Source: Candidatus Binatia bacterium
GTDB lineage: Bacteria; Desulfobacterota; Binatia; HRBIN30; BPIQ01
DNA: 64,000 nt
Assembly: GCA_026004195.1 (NCBI GenBank)
Contig: BPIQ01000001.1
Location: 653,871 to 717,870 of the forward strand
Direction of reading: 5' to 3'
In this document: positions 1-9,275 of the stretch, piece after piece
Layout of the letters: each line of letters begins with the position of its first letter
How positions within the stretch are numbered: the first letter of the stretch is position 1
The notes under the pieces: generated by a model
Seen by the model: the letters and a program-made list of their open reading frames with translations, nothing else
The model's database searches: none
Told to the model about the DNA's origin: nothing
Program-made: the position numbers and the translations under genes

Positions 1-2
1 CT

Positions 3-1106
3 CACAACGGAAACCTGGTCAACGCGATCGAGCTGCGAGAGGAGCTCGAACGCCGGGGCTCGATCTTCCAGTCTTCCGTCGACTCGGAGGTCATCATCCA
101 CCTGATCGCTTCGACACCGGGAGCGAACCTGGTGGAACGGGTGGCGACCGCGCTCTCGCAGGTCCGGGGTGCCTACTCGCTCCTCTTTCTGACGGAGCGG
201 GAACTCCTCGCGGCCCGCGACCCCTACGGTTTCCGCCCGCTCGTCCTCGGGAAAATCGGGGACGCCGTCGTCCTGGCCTCGGAGACCTGCGCCCTCGACC
301 TGATCGGGGCGGAATACGTGCGCGAGATCGACCCCGGCGAGATCCTCCTCGTCGACCGCTCGGGCCTCCGCTCTTTCCGTCCGTTTCCTCCCGTCCGGCG
401 GAGGCAGTGCATTTTCGAGTACGTGTACTTCGCACGCCCGGACAGCGTCGTGTTCGGCCGCAACGTGTACGAGGTGAGAAAGGCTCTCGGGCGACAGCTC
501 GCCCGAGAACGACCCGTGGAGGCGGACGTGGTCGTTCCCGTGCCCGATTCGGGCGTTCCCGCGGCTCTCGGCTACGCCCAGGAGTCCGGCATCCCGTTCG
601 AACTCGGGCTCATCCGAAACCACTACGTCGGCCGCACGTTCATCGAACCGCGGCAGTCCATCCGCCACTTCGGGGTCCGGGTGAAGCTCAACGCTCAACC
701 GGACGTCCTCTCGGGCAAGCGGGTCGTGGTGGTCGACGATTCCATCGTGCGGGGAACGACCTGCCAGAAACTCGTCACCATGCTCCGCGGAGCCGGAGCC
801 AAGGAGGTGCACATGCGGGTGAGCTCGCCTCCGACGATCGGCCCCTGTTACTACGGCATCGACACGCCGAGCAGGGAAGAGCTCATCGCTTCCACGCACT
901 CCATCGAGGAAATCCGGCGCTTCATCGGGGCCGACAGCCTGGGGTACCTGAGCGAAGAAGGGCTCTACGCGTTCCTCGACCCGGGAAACCGGCAGGAAGG
1001 GTTCTGCGCCGCCTGCTTTACCGGCGACTACCCCGTGGCCTTCACGGACCGTGGGCGGGTACGCCAGCTCGTCCTCTTCGAGGCGAACGACGGCGAAAGG
1101 AACTGA
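3..1106 (+). CDS. purF: amidophosphoribosyltransferase (5' truncated by window)
   Basis: HNGNLVN at window start, [32 protein letters not shown] motif [21 protein letters not shown]-terminal CAACF Fe-S ligands. Confidence 0.97.
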   Translation, partial: HNGNLVNAIELREELERRGSIFQSSVDSEVIIHLIASTPGANLVERVATALSQVRGAYSLLFLTERELLAARDPYGFRPLVLGKIGDAVVLASETCALDLIGAEYVREIDPGEILLVDRSGLRSFRPFPPVRRRQCIFEYVYFARPDSVVFGRNVYEVRKALGRQLARERPVEADVVVPVPDSGVPAALGYAQESGIPFELGLIRNHYVGRTFIEPRQSIRHFGVRVKLNAQPDVLSGKRVVVVDDSIVRGTTCQKLVTMLRGAGAKEVHMRVSSPPTIGPCYYGIDTPSREELIASTHSIEEIRRFIGADSLGYLSEEGLYAFLDPGNRQEGFCAACFTGDYPVAFTDRGRVRQLVLFEANDGERN

Positions 1107-1109
1107 GCT

Positions 1110-2270
1110 TCACTCCTCGATCCGGAGACGGAGCGTCTTGGGATCGATCCGCAGCGCGGCTTTGCCTTCGAGGAGACGCCGCAGCTTGCGGCCCGCCACG
1201 TCGTAGCGCCACCCGCGCAGCAGCGGGACGTCGGCCGAAGCCTCCGACCCGAAGCACTCGAGGAACTTCCGGAGATCCGCCGTCGTGGCGACCAGAGCCG
1301 GGGCGACACGCGCCTCCGAGGCGCAGAGCCGCAGCGTCGCCTGCAGCACCTCGAGCACGCCCGGGACGCGGATCTCGCCGGGCTCCGAGACCGCGGGCCA
1401 CTCCTCGGCCGGAAGCCTCGCGCCCCGGCGGACGGCCTCGAGGACGGGCTTGGCGTAGCGCCGAAGACTCCGCGAGAGGGAAGGACGGAATTGCCCGAGC
1501 GACTCCGGCTTCTCCGGAGCCCGGCGGGCTATCTCCACGAGGATTTCGTCGCTCAGGATCGCCTGCCTCGGCTTGTTCGTCCTCCTGGCTTCCTCCTCGC
1601 GCCACGCGGCGAGCTCGCGGAGAATCGCCAGGTTCCGCTTCCTGAGCCCGCCGCGGCCTCGCACCCGGAGGTACGCTTCCCCGGCCGGCGGCAGCGCCTG
1701 GAGCGAACGATCGACGAGAGCGTCGAACTCTTCGCGGACCCACTCTTCCCTGCCGAGCTCGCGGAGCTCCGCGAGAAGTTTCTCCCTGAGCGGCAGAAGG
1801 TAACGCACGTCCGCGTGAGCGTAAGCGAGCTGCGCCGGCGAAAGAGGCCTGCGGGACCAGTCCGTCAGGGTTTCGGTTTTCTCCAGCCGCGTGTGAAGCA
1901 ACCGCTCGACCAGGGAAGCGTAACCCGGCTGGTAACCGAGGCCCACCATCGCGGCCGCGATCTGGGTGTCGAAGACGGGAGCGGGGACTTTCCCCGAAAG
2001 CCGGTAGAGGATCTCGAGGTCCTGCTGCCCCGCGTGCAGGACCTTCTCGATCTTCGGATCGTGCAGCACCTCGAAAAGCGGGCCGGGATCTCCCACGGCT
2101 CGACAGTCGACGACCGCCGTGCCCTCGCGCGTCGAGACCTGCACGAGCTCGAGCACGGGCGTGTAGGTTCGTTCTCCGACGAACTCGGTATCGAGGCCGA
2201 TCGCCGGCTCGCGTCGCAGCCGCCGGGCCAGCTCTTCGAGCCCGCGGGCGTCGTCGACGAAAAGCTCCAC
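1110..2270 (-). CDS. rnd: ribonuclease D (DEDDy exonuclease + HRDC)
   Basis: GLDTEF, KVLHAGQQDLE, FDTQIAA, TDWSRRPLS, YAHADV, LAAWREEEARRTNKP; GTG start after GGAAGG. Confidence 0.93.
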   Translation of the reverse strand: MELFVDDARGLEELARRLRREPAIGLDTEFVGERTYTPVLELVQVSTREGTAVVDCRAVGDPGPLFEVLHDPKIEKVLHAGQQDLEILYRLSGKVPAPVFDTQIAAAMVGLGYQPGYASLVERLLHTRLEKTETLTDWSRRPLSPAQLAYAHADVRYLLPLREKLLAELRELGREEWVREEFDALVDRSLQALPPAGEAYLRVRGRGGLRKRNLAILRELAAWREEEARRTNKPRQAILSDEILVEIARRAPEKPESLGQFRPSLSRSLRRYAKPVLEAVRRGARLPAEEWPAVSEPGEIRVPGVLEVLQATLRLCASEARVAPALVATTADLRKFLECFGSEASADVPLLRGWRYDVAGRKLRRLLEGKAALRIDPKTLRLRIEE

Positions 2271-2316
2271 CCTTCCGATCCTTCGCGCGCGACGGAGTTT
2301 CTGTACCTTCCGGCCG

Positions 2317-2325
2317 TGGTATAGT
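2317..2325 (+). promoter_or_regulatory. extended -10 element (TG-G-TATAGT), probable leaderless lgt transcript
   Basis: TATAGT at 2320-2325 preceded by TG, 8 nt before ATG 2334, no SD. Confidence 0.45.
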
Positions 2326-2333
2326 CGAGCCGC

Positions 2334-3095
2334 ATGGCCCCGGTGCTTTTCCGGCTTTGGGGGTTCGAGGTCGAGAGCTTCTGGGTCTTCGTGTTCCTCG
2401 GATTCGCCGCGGCGACCTGGGCGGGCTACGGGGAACTTCGCAGGCACGGACTCGACCCGAGCCTCGTCTACGACCTGGTGCTCTACGCCTACGTGGGAGG
2501 GCTCGTGGGCGCGAGGCTCTTCCTGGTGTTCACCGAGTGGGACGTCGTGCGGACCGATCCCTGGAATTTCCTGCTCTCGGGAAGCGGCTGGGTCTGGCAG
2601 GGAGGGCTTTTGGGGGGCACGCTCGCCGTCCTCTTCGCCGTCCGGAGGCTCGGCCTGCCGCCCGTCGCCGTGGCCGACGCAGCGGGACTCGCCCTGCCTC
2701 TCGGACAGGCCGTAGGACGAATCGGCTGCCAGCTCGCGGGCGACGGAGACTACGGCGTCCCGTCGGACCTCCCCTGGGCGATGAGCTACCCTCGGGGAGT
2801 CGTGCCGACGTTCGAGCGGGTCCATCCTACCCCGATCTACGAATCCCTGGGCCTGTTTTTCCTGTTCCTCTGGCTCCGGCGGCGGCGCGGCCGCGAGCCG
2901 GCCGGTGCCCTTTTCGGGTGGTATCTGGTCGGGTCGGGAATCCTGCGCTGGCTCGTCGAGTTCGTTCGCCGCAACCCGGCCGTCTTCCTGGGGTGGACTC
3001 TGGCGCAGTGGCTGAGCCTGCTCTCGGTCGGCGTCGGGCTTCTCTGGCTCTCGTGGGTCCGCGCGGCGGGCAACGTGCGAGCCGCCGATCGTTGA
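2334..3095 (+). CDS. lgt: prolipoprotein diacylglyceryl transferase
   Basis: GARL, WQGGLLGG, GQAVGRIGC, HPTPIYE, RWLVEFVR; multiple TM helices. Confidence 0.93.
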   Translation: MAPVLFRLWGFEVESFWVFVFLGFAAATWAGYGELRRHGLDPSLVYDLVLYAYVGGLVGARLFLVFTEWDVVRTDPWNFLLSGSGWVWQGGLLGGTLAVLFAVRRLGLPPVAVADAAGLALPLGQAVGRIGCQLAGDGDYGVPSDLPWAMSYPRGVVPTFERVHPTPIYESLGLFFLFLWLRRRRGREPAGALFGWYLVGSGILRWLVEFVRRNPAVFLGWTLAQWLSLLSVGVGLLWLSWVRAAGNVRAADR

Positions 3096-3178
3096 TTTTA
3101 CGGCGGACCGAGAGCGAAAAACTCCCGGCACCGGTCCCGCGGAAAGGGCACGAAATTTGATGCCCTCCCCGCGGCGGA

Positions 3179-3598
3179 ATGCTCGCGAGGAAAAGACAGG
3201 GACATCCGCAAAGCGGGTTCACGATCGTGGAGCTCATGGTGAACCTCACGATGGTGGCGATCCTCTTCACCATCGCGCTGTCGGTCTACGACCATTATCG
3301 CAAGCGCGCCTACGAAGCCGCGGCGATCCACTACATGCGCTCGTGGGTTCCCGCGCAGGAACTCTACCTGCAGACCTTCGGTCACTATGCGGACGCGGAC
3401 GAGCAGCTCCAGACCGACCTCGGCGTCGTGCGAGTGCCCACGAACATTCCCTACACGTTCTCCATCGACAGCACGAGCCAGGAGACCGAGCGCTGGTGGG
3501 GACGCGGGCACCCGAGGCAGAGCGGCCTGCGCTACTTCTACATCGACGAGACGGGTGTGGTCCTGTCCTCGCTCTCGGGACCACCTACCCCGCCGTGA
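3179..3598 (+). CDS. type IV pilin-like protein (PilE/PilA-like)
   Basis: class III signal: basic leader, G|FTIVELMV with Glu+5, hydrophobic helix; QELYLQTFGHY and YFYIDETG. Confidence 0.85.
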   Translation: MLARKRQGHPQSGFTIVELMVNLTMVAILFTIALSVYDHYRKRAYEAAAIHYMRSWVPAQELYLQTFGHYADADEQLQTDLGVVRVPTNIPYTFSIDSTSQETERWWGRGHPRQSGLRYFYIDETGVVLSSLSGPPTPP

Positions 3599-3599
3599 T

Positions 3600-4160
3600 T
3601 CAGCGTACCAATGCCTGGATGGCCTTGAACTCGGGCGTGCCGGCCCTCCGGAGCCACTCGAAGCACGCCATCTCGACCGAGCTCGGCACGGCTCCGGACC
3701 CGAGCATCTTTTCCCATCCCGCCCGGAGGTCGTGCTCGAAACGGGAGGAAATGGCGTCGCAGGGTACGTGCACGGCGTAACCCCGAGCGAGCAGGTCGTG
3801 CACGGTCTGGTTGACGCAGGCGTGCGCCTCGATGCCGCAGACCACCACCTGCTTGCGGCCCGTTTTGCGGAGCTCCTCGACGAACCGGGGCTCGCCACAG
3901 CAGCTCAGGGAGAGCTTGGCGATGGGCTCCGTGCCCTCGGGCAGGGCGCGGCGAATCTCGGGAACGAGAGGCCCCAGACCCTTCGGGTACTGCTCGGTGG
4001 CGAGCACGGGGATGCCGAGCGTTCTGGCGGCCTCGACGAGGATACGCACTCCCCTTTCCATCCGGTCGTGCCGCAGTGTCTTGCCCCGGTACGCCTCCTG
4101 TACGTCGACCACGACCAGGACGCTCGCGTCGCGGTCGAGAACCCGTTCGTGGCTCGCCAT
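3600..4160 (-). CDS. isochorismatase-family cysteine hydrolase
   Basis: VVVDVQE, TEQYPKGLG, GIEAHACVNQT. Confidence 0.9.
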   Translation of the reverse strand: MASHERVLDRDASVLVVVDVQEAYRGKTLRHDRMERGVRILVEAARTLGIPVLATEQYPKGLGPLVPEIRRALPEGTEPIAKLSLSCCGEPRFVEELRKTGRKQVVVCGIEAHACVNQTVHDLLARGYAVHVPCDAISSRFEHDLRAGWEKMLGSGAVPSSVEMACFEWLRRAGTPEFKAIQALVR

Positions 4161-4170
4161 ACGTCGCCCG

Positions 4171-4791
4171 TCAACGCGTCACGACCCGGATCCGCGGAGG
4201 CCGGACGTGGGGCAACCCGCGGGCGAGAAACGGGTGGAGGTGCGGCGCGATTCCCGGATGGTGGCGCGGCGGGAAAAAGCGCTCCCGGAAGACGAACGGC
4301 GCCTCCCTGTCGAGGGCGAACTGCTCCTGCAGGAGGAGGCGCAGCGTCAAGTGCCGGGAGCGCCCCCGGTCGAAGGAAGTCGTGACCAAGGGCTCGACGA
4401 AGACCGGCACGTGCGAAGGAGGCGCGACCGCCAGGTTCGACACCCGGAGCCGCAGGTCGACGCCGCGAGTCTCCGCCGCCAGCCGCTCGGCCACGAGAAG
4501 CCCCTCGAGCCAGCCCTGCACGTAGGCCCGCTCGATCCTCTCCGGGTCGAGCGGCGCGGCCGCGGCCGGAACGGGCCCCGGCGCGGGAGGTTCGTGCGCG
4601 GCTTCGGGAGCCGGGCGTTTCCCCGGCGGTTTTTCCTCGACGACGAGTCGAACCGTCTCTCGGCGGTCTTCGGGCACCGCCTCGACGGAATTCGTGTAGT
4701 GCCTCACGCCCTGTGCGTCCCGCCACTCGTAAATGTGGGCGTTCGCCACCGTAACGCAGAGCAGGACGAGCAGGGCGAACCCGACCGCCAT
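4171..4791 (-). CDS. secreted DUF4124-like protein
   Basis: signal peptide followed by IYEWRDAQGVRHYTN. Confidence 0.7.
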   Translation of the reverse strand: MAVGFALLVLLCVTVANAHIYEWRDAQGVRHYTNSVEAVPEDRRETVRLVVEEKPPGKRPAPEAAHEPPAPGPVPAAAAPLDPERIERAYVQGWLEGLLVAERLAAETRGVDLRLRVSNLAVAPPSHVPVFVEPLVTTSFDRGRSRHLTLRLLLQEQFALDREAPFVFRERFFPPRHHPGIAPHLHPFLARGLPHVRPPRIRVVTR

Positions 4792-4799
4792 CGGCGGCG

Positions 4800-4828
4800 A
4801 TGATACTCGTCACCAGAGGGCAGGGCAA
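4800..4828 (-). promoter_or_regulatory. sigma70-type promoter TTGCCC-N17-TATCAT, leaderless
   Basis: -35 at 4828-4823, -10 at 4805-4800, 8 nt before ATG 4791. Confidence 0.5.
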
Positions 4829-4882
4829 CCCGCAACGCCCGGGAGTGGACCGAAAGAGCGCGATCGGCTATGGGCTTGGGCC

Positions 4883-5383
4883 ATGGCCAGAGGCCCTTGT
4901 GTGCTCGCTTCGGACGCGCCCTTGCTGGCACCGGAGGGCCCTCTGCCCGTCGGCAAGCTCGTCGGGAAGACCGTCCCCGTCCTCGGGCGGGGACCGAACG
5001 GCAGGCTCCGCTTCCACCTCGTGGGCGAGATACGACTCGTCGCGGAATCCGCGCCGGTGTGGAAGGTCGCCCTCGAGAACGGACGCTTTTTTCGGGCGGG
5101 ATCCGAGCAGGTGGTGTTCGACCCCGAAGAGAAGCCCGTGCGACTTTCCGACGTGCGCCCCGGAGCCGACCTCTTTCCCGCTTACGCCTATCCGCGAGGA
5201 TACCGCTACCGCACGGACGAAGGGGAGGAAAAGATATCGACCGGCGGTATTCGCGTCGTGGAAATCGGACCCGACGGCAGCGCCCCCGTCTACGCGGTGA
5301 GGCTTCGGACGGGCGACCGGTTCTTCCTGGATTGCGGCATCCTCTGCGCAGCGGAGCCACCCTCCGGCGGCCACGAGGAGTGA
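4883..5383 (+). CDS. stand-alone degenerate Hint (intein-like) domain protein
   Basis: segments resemble Hint block A (CVLASDAPLLAPEGPLPVGKLVG), B (VWKVALENGRFFRAGSEQVV), F (VVEIGPDGSAPVYAVRL) and G (RFFLDCGILC); lacks TxxH and terminal HN. Confidence 0.65.
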   Translation: MARGPCVLASDAPLLAPEGPLPVGKLVGKTVPVLGRGPNGRLRFHLVGEIRLVAESAPVWKVALENGRFFRAGSEQVVFDPEEKPVRLSDVRPGADLFPAYAYPRGYRYRTDEGEEKISTGGIRVVEIGPDGSAPVYAVRLRTGDRFFLDCGILCAAEPPSGGHEE

Positions 5384-5390
5384 CGGACCC

Positions 5391-6575
5391 GTGGAAAGAA
5401 CGTCCCTCGATCGATTCCGGGAGGAATTGCGGCGGTGGCTCGAGGCCAACATCCCCGACGACCTGCGTCCGGAGCGGGCCGCCCTGCTCCCCGAAAACGA
5501 ACGGGTGGTGCGGTTGCGGGCCTGGCAAAAAAAACTCGCCGAGGCCCGCTGGGTCGGAATCACCTGGCCGCCCGAGTACGGAGGGCGCGGAGCTTCGATC
5601 GCGGAGCAGATCGTCTACACGCAGGAAATGGCGCGTGCCGACGCGCCCGAAATCATCGGAAGTCTCGGCATCGGCATCCTGGGCCCGCCGCTGCTGGCCT
5701 ACGGCACGGAGGAACAGAAGCGCCGGTTCGCCCGCCGGATCCTGACGGCCGAGGATCTCTGGTGCTTCGGTTTTTCCGAACCCTCGGCCGGATCGGACCT
5801 GGCATCGCTGCGTACGCGAGCGGTCCTGGAAGGCGACGTCTTCGTGGTCTCCGGACACAAGATCTGGACCACGCTCGCCCACCACGCCGACTGGTGCATG
5901 CTCCTCTGTCGAACGGACCCCGAGTCGCACCGCAAAGAAGGGATTTCCTGTCTCCTCGTCGACATGCGGAGCCCCGGCATCACGGTACGCCCGCTCCGGC
6001 AAATGAGCGGCGAGGCGGAGTTCAACGAAATCTTTTTCGACGAGGTTCGGGTGCCCCGGGAAAATCTTCTCGGCGAGCTGCACAAGGGCTGGAAAGTCGC
6101 GACCTCGGCCCTGCAGAACGAACGGGGCATCCTGTACGTGGTCGAGATGCAGATCCTGCTCGCCAAGACACGGAACCGGCTCCTCGAGCTCGCCAGGGAA
6201 CGCGGGAAGGCGGGAGACCTCGTCGTTCGGCAAGCGCTGGCCGACCTGTACACCGGAGTGGAGACGTTCCGCAACACGTGCCAGAGGATCCTGAACCGGC
6301 TCCTGAGGATGGAGATGCCCGGACCCGAAGCGTCGATCGTCAAGCTCCACTGGTCGGAGTTGACGCAGGCGATGGCACGAACGGCCATGGAGCTCCTGGG
6401 AACCGAGGGGCTTCTCTACCGCACGCCGGAGCCCGGCGGCGAGCGGCCGGCACCCGAGCAGTGGGTGCAGCGGGCGTTTCTCAATTCCCCCGCTGCCACC
6501 ATAGCCTCGGGCACGTCGGAAATTCTGCGGGGGATCATCGCCATGCAGGTACTCGGGCTGCCGAGAGGGAGCTAG
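5391..6575 (+). CDS. acyl-CoA dehydrogenase
   Basis: WCFGFSEPSAGSDLASLRTRA, GHKIWT, FNEIFFDEVRVP, TIASGTSEI. Confidence 0.95.
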   Translation: MERTSLDRFREELRRWLEANIPDDLRPERAALLPENERVVRLRAWQKKLAEARWVGITWPPEYGGRGASIAEQIVYTQEMARADAPEIIGSLGIGILGPPLLAYGTEEQKRRFARRILTAEDLWCFGFSEPSAGSDLASLRTRAVLEGDVFVVSGHKIWTTLAHHADWCMLLCRTDPESHRKEGISCLLVDMRSPGITVRPLRQMSGEAEFNEIFFDEVRVPRENLLGELHKGWKVATSALQNERGILYVVEMQILLAKTRNRLLELARERGKAGDLVVRQALADLYTGVETFRNTCQRILNRLLRMEMPGPEASIVKLHWSELTQAMARTAMELLGTEGLLYRTPEPGGERPAPEQWVQRAFLNSPAATIASGTSEILRGIIAMQVLGLPRGS

Positions 6576-6644
6576 AGCGCCGGAAGCTGCCGCCGGCCTC
6601 CTCGGTCGCGACACGGGACGGCGGCGGAAAAAGGAGGAGTACAC

Positions 6645-7940
6645 ATGGAACTTCGCAAGGTGGCCATCCTCGGGGCCAACGGAACCATGGGGGCCGGGAG
6701 CGCGGAAGTTTTCGCCGCGGGTGGCTGCGAAGTCTTCCTGCTCGCCCGCTCGCGGGATCGTGCCCTCGAAGGGGTGCGGGTCGCGCAGAACCTGGCGAAG
6801 TCCGAGAGGATCGCCGACCGCATGCAGGTGGGGAGCTACGACGAGGACTTCGAGAAGGCCGTGGGCTCGGCGGACCTCGTCTTCGAGGCTCTGGCGGAGG
6901 ACCTGCAGTTGAAAAGTCTCTTCTTCGAGAGGGTGGACGCCTGTCGGAGGCCCGATTCGGTCGTGGCGACGGTGTCGTCGGGACTTTCCATCGCTCGCAT
7001 GGCGAGCGGCCGTAGCGAAAGCTTCCAGAGACACTTTCTCGGCATTCACCTCTTCAACCCGCCGAACGTCATCGTCGGAACGGAAGTGATCCCCCACGGC
7101 GGAACGGATCCCGAGCTCGTGCGCGAACTCGTCCCCCTGCTCGAGCGCCGGTTCGGCCGGAAAGTCGTCGTCTGCCGAGACAAGCCGGCCTTTTGCGGGA
7201 ACCGGGTCGGTTTCAAGGTCCTCAACGAGGTGGCCCAGCTCGCCGGCCGCCACGGCGTCGCCTTCCTCGACTACCTGATCGGACCCCACACGGGCAGGGC
7301 GATGCCGCCGCTCGCCACGGTGGACCTCGTCGGGTGGGACGTCCACAAGGCGATCGTGGACAACGTCTACGAGCTCGTACGGGACGAAGCCCACGAGGCC
7401 TTCCGGCTTCCCGACTACATGGCGCGGCTCGTCGACGAGGGGCGGCTCGGCAACAAGACGCCGGACCGGGGCGGCTTCTACAAGCGCGTCCAGAAGGACG
7501 GGCGCCGCGTCGAACTCTGTCTGGACCCGTCCACGGGCGAGTACCACGAGCCGCGGGTCGAAAAAATCCCCTTCGTCGAACGCATGAAAGAGCTGCACCA
7601 CGTCGGAAAATACCGCGACGCCTGGCGGGAGTTCGCCTCGGCGACGGGTCCCGAGGCGGAACTCGCGCACCGGGTCGTTCTCGGTTACGTGAGCTATGCT
7701 CTCCACCGCGTCGGACCCGACGAGGTCGTGGACCACGCTCGGGACGTGGACCGGATCATGGCGTTCGGATTCAACTGGGCCCCTCCCACGGTCCTCGTGG
7801 ACCTCCTCGGCCTCCGGGAGACCTGGAATTTGCTCGATCGCTACGGCCTGCCCGTCCCGCCCCTGCTCCGCGAGGCCCGTCCGGGAGAGAGGCTCTACCA
7901 GGAGAGGAGCGGGAACATCGGCCGGTTTTTCGCCGGCTGA
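6645..7940 (+). CDS. 3-hydroxyacyl-CoA dehydrogenase family protein
   Basis: Rossmann GANGTMG, EALAEDLQLK, catalytic HLFNP, DLVGWDV; SD AGGAGG. Confidence 0.9.
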   Translation: MELRKVAILGANGTMGAGSAEVFAAGGCEVFLLARSRDRALEGVRVAQNLAKSERIADRMQVGSYDEDFEKAVGSADLVFEALAEDLQLKSLFFERVDACRRPDSVVATVSSGLSIARMASGRSESFQRHFLGIHLFNPPNVIVGTEVIPHGGTDPELVRELVPLLERRFGRKVVVCRDKPAFCGNRVGFKVLNEVAQLAGRHGVAFLDYLIGPHTGRAMPPLATVDLVGWDVHKAIVDNVYELVRDEAHEAFRLPDYMARLVDEGRLGNKTPDRGGFYKRVQKDGRRVELCLDPSTGEYHEPRVEKIPFVERMKELHHVGKYRDAWREFASATGPEAELAHRVVLGYVSYALHRVGPDEVVDHARDVDRIMAFGFNWAPPTVLVDLLGLRETWNLLDRYGLPVPPLLREARPGERLYQERSGNIGRFFAG

Positions 7941-8011
7941 AGACGGCGCTTGCCCCGGCGGCGCCCGAGGTGGTAGCTTCGGACGAGATTCCGGCGACAC
8001 GAGGAGGAACG

Positions 8012-9241
8012 ATGGCGAGACCGGTTTACGTCCTCGGGGGGTACCAGACGGACTTTGCACGCAACTGGAAAAAGGAAAACAAGCACATCGTCGCGATGAT
8101 CCGCGAAGCGGTCGAGGAGGGACTCGCGGCCACGGGCCTCGAACCCGGGGACATCCAGGTGGGCCACGTCGGCAACTTCGCGGCCGAACTCTACACGATG
8201 CAGGGGCACCTCGGCGCGTTTCTGGTCGACGTGGATCCGGCCTTCTCCGGCCTCCCGACGGCGCGCCACGAGGCGGCTTGCGCCTCGGGTAGCATCGCCA
8301 TCCTCGCGGCCTCGGCGGAGATCGAAGCGGGCCGGTACGACTGCTCGCTCGTCGTGGGCGTCGAGCAGATGAAGACGGTCGATCCCGCCCGGGGCGGCGA
8401 TTTTCTCGGAACCGCCGCCTGGTACGAACGCGAAGCGAAAGGGATCGAGTTCCCGTTCCCGAAGCTCTTCGGCCGACTCGGCGACGAGTACGACCGGCGC
8501 TACGGCCTCAAGGACGAGCACCTGGCCCGCATCTCCGCCGTCAACTACTCCAACGCCAAGCGCAACCCGAACGCCCAGACCCGCACCTGGTACATGACCG
8601 AGGACCACGCACGCTGCGTCGGCAAGTTCAACACCGTGATCGGCGGCCGCATCAAGGTTTCCGACTGCTCGCAGGTGACCGACGGTGCCGTCTCCCTTTT
8701 CCTCGCCTCGGAACGGTTCGCCGCCGAGTACGCGAAGCGCCGGGGGCTCGCGCTCGAGAAGATCCCGCGGATCCTGGGCTGGGGGCACAGGACGGCGCCG
8801 ATCGAGTTCTCGGCCAAGATCGAGGAAAGCAAGAACAACCCGTACGTCCTGCCGCACACACGGCAAGCCATCCTCGACGCTTTCCGCCGTGCGGGCCTAC
8901 CGGACGTGTGGGCGGTCGACGCCATCGAGACGCACGACTGCTTCACGACCTCCGAGTACATGGCCATCGACCACTTCGGCATCACGGCACCGGGCGAATC
9001 CTGGAAGGCCATCGAGGACGGCACGATCGAGCTCGGCGGCAAGATGCCGATCAACCCGAGTGGCGGTCTGATCGGATGCGGCCACCCGGTCGGCGCGACG
9101 GGCGTGCGGCAGGTCCTCGACGCCTACCTCCAGGTCACCGGGCAAGCCGGGGAGTACCAGGTCGAGGGTGCGCGTCGCGTGGCCACGCTCAACATCGGGG
9201 GGAGCGGGACGACCAGCGTTTCTTTCGTCGTCGGCTTCTAG
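8012..9241 (+). CDS. thiolase (SCP2-type acetyl-CoA acetyltransferase)
   Basis: EAACASG, HDCF, NPSGGLIGCGHPVGATG; SD GAGGAGG. Confidence 0.92.
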   Translation: MARPVYVLGGYQTDFARNWKKENKHIVAMIREAVEEGLAATGLEPGDIQVGHVGNFAAELYTMQGHLGAFLVDVDPAFSGLPTARHEAACASGSIAILAASAEIEAGRYDCSLVVGVEQMKTVDPARGGDFLGTAAWYEREAKGIEFPFPKLFGRLGDEYDRRYGLKDEHLARISAVNYSNAKRNPNAQTRTWYMTEDHARCVGKFNTVIGGRIKVSDCSQVTDGAVSLFLASERFAAEYAKRRGLALEKIPRILGWGHRTAPIEFSAKIEESKNNPYVLPHTRQAILDAFRRAGLPDVWAVDAIETHDCFTTSEYMAIDHFGITAPGESWKAIEDGTIELGGKMPINPSGGLIGCGHPVGATGVRQVLDAYLQVTGQAGEYQVEGARRVATLNIGGSGTTSVSFVVGF

Positions 9242-9275
9242 CCGCCGGGCGTCTCCGGTCGGTCCAGGCCTCTCC

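Noticed and set aside
2271..3131. N-terminal extensions in the ORF track (rnd here; also aspS, purM, ADH, thiolase and others)
   Set aside because: They overlap neighbouring real genes; starts were reassigned using motifs and SD positions
4704..8060. 1118-aa minus-strand ORF
   Set aside because: Shadow of the acyl-CoA dehydrogenase and hydroxyacyl-CoA dehydrogenase genes; no motifs
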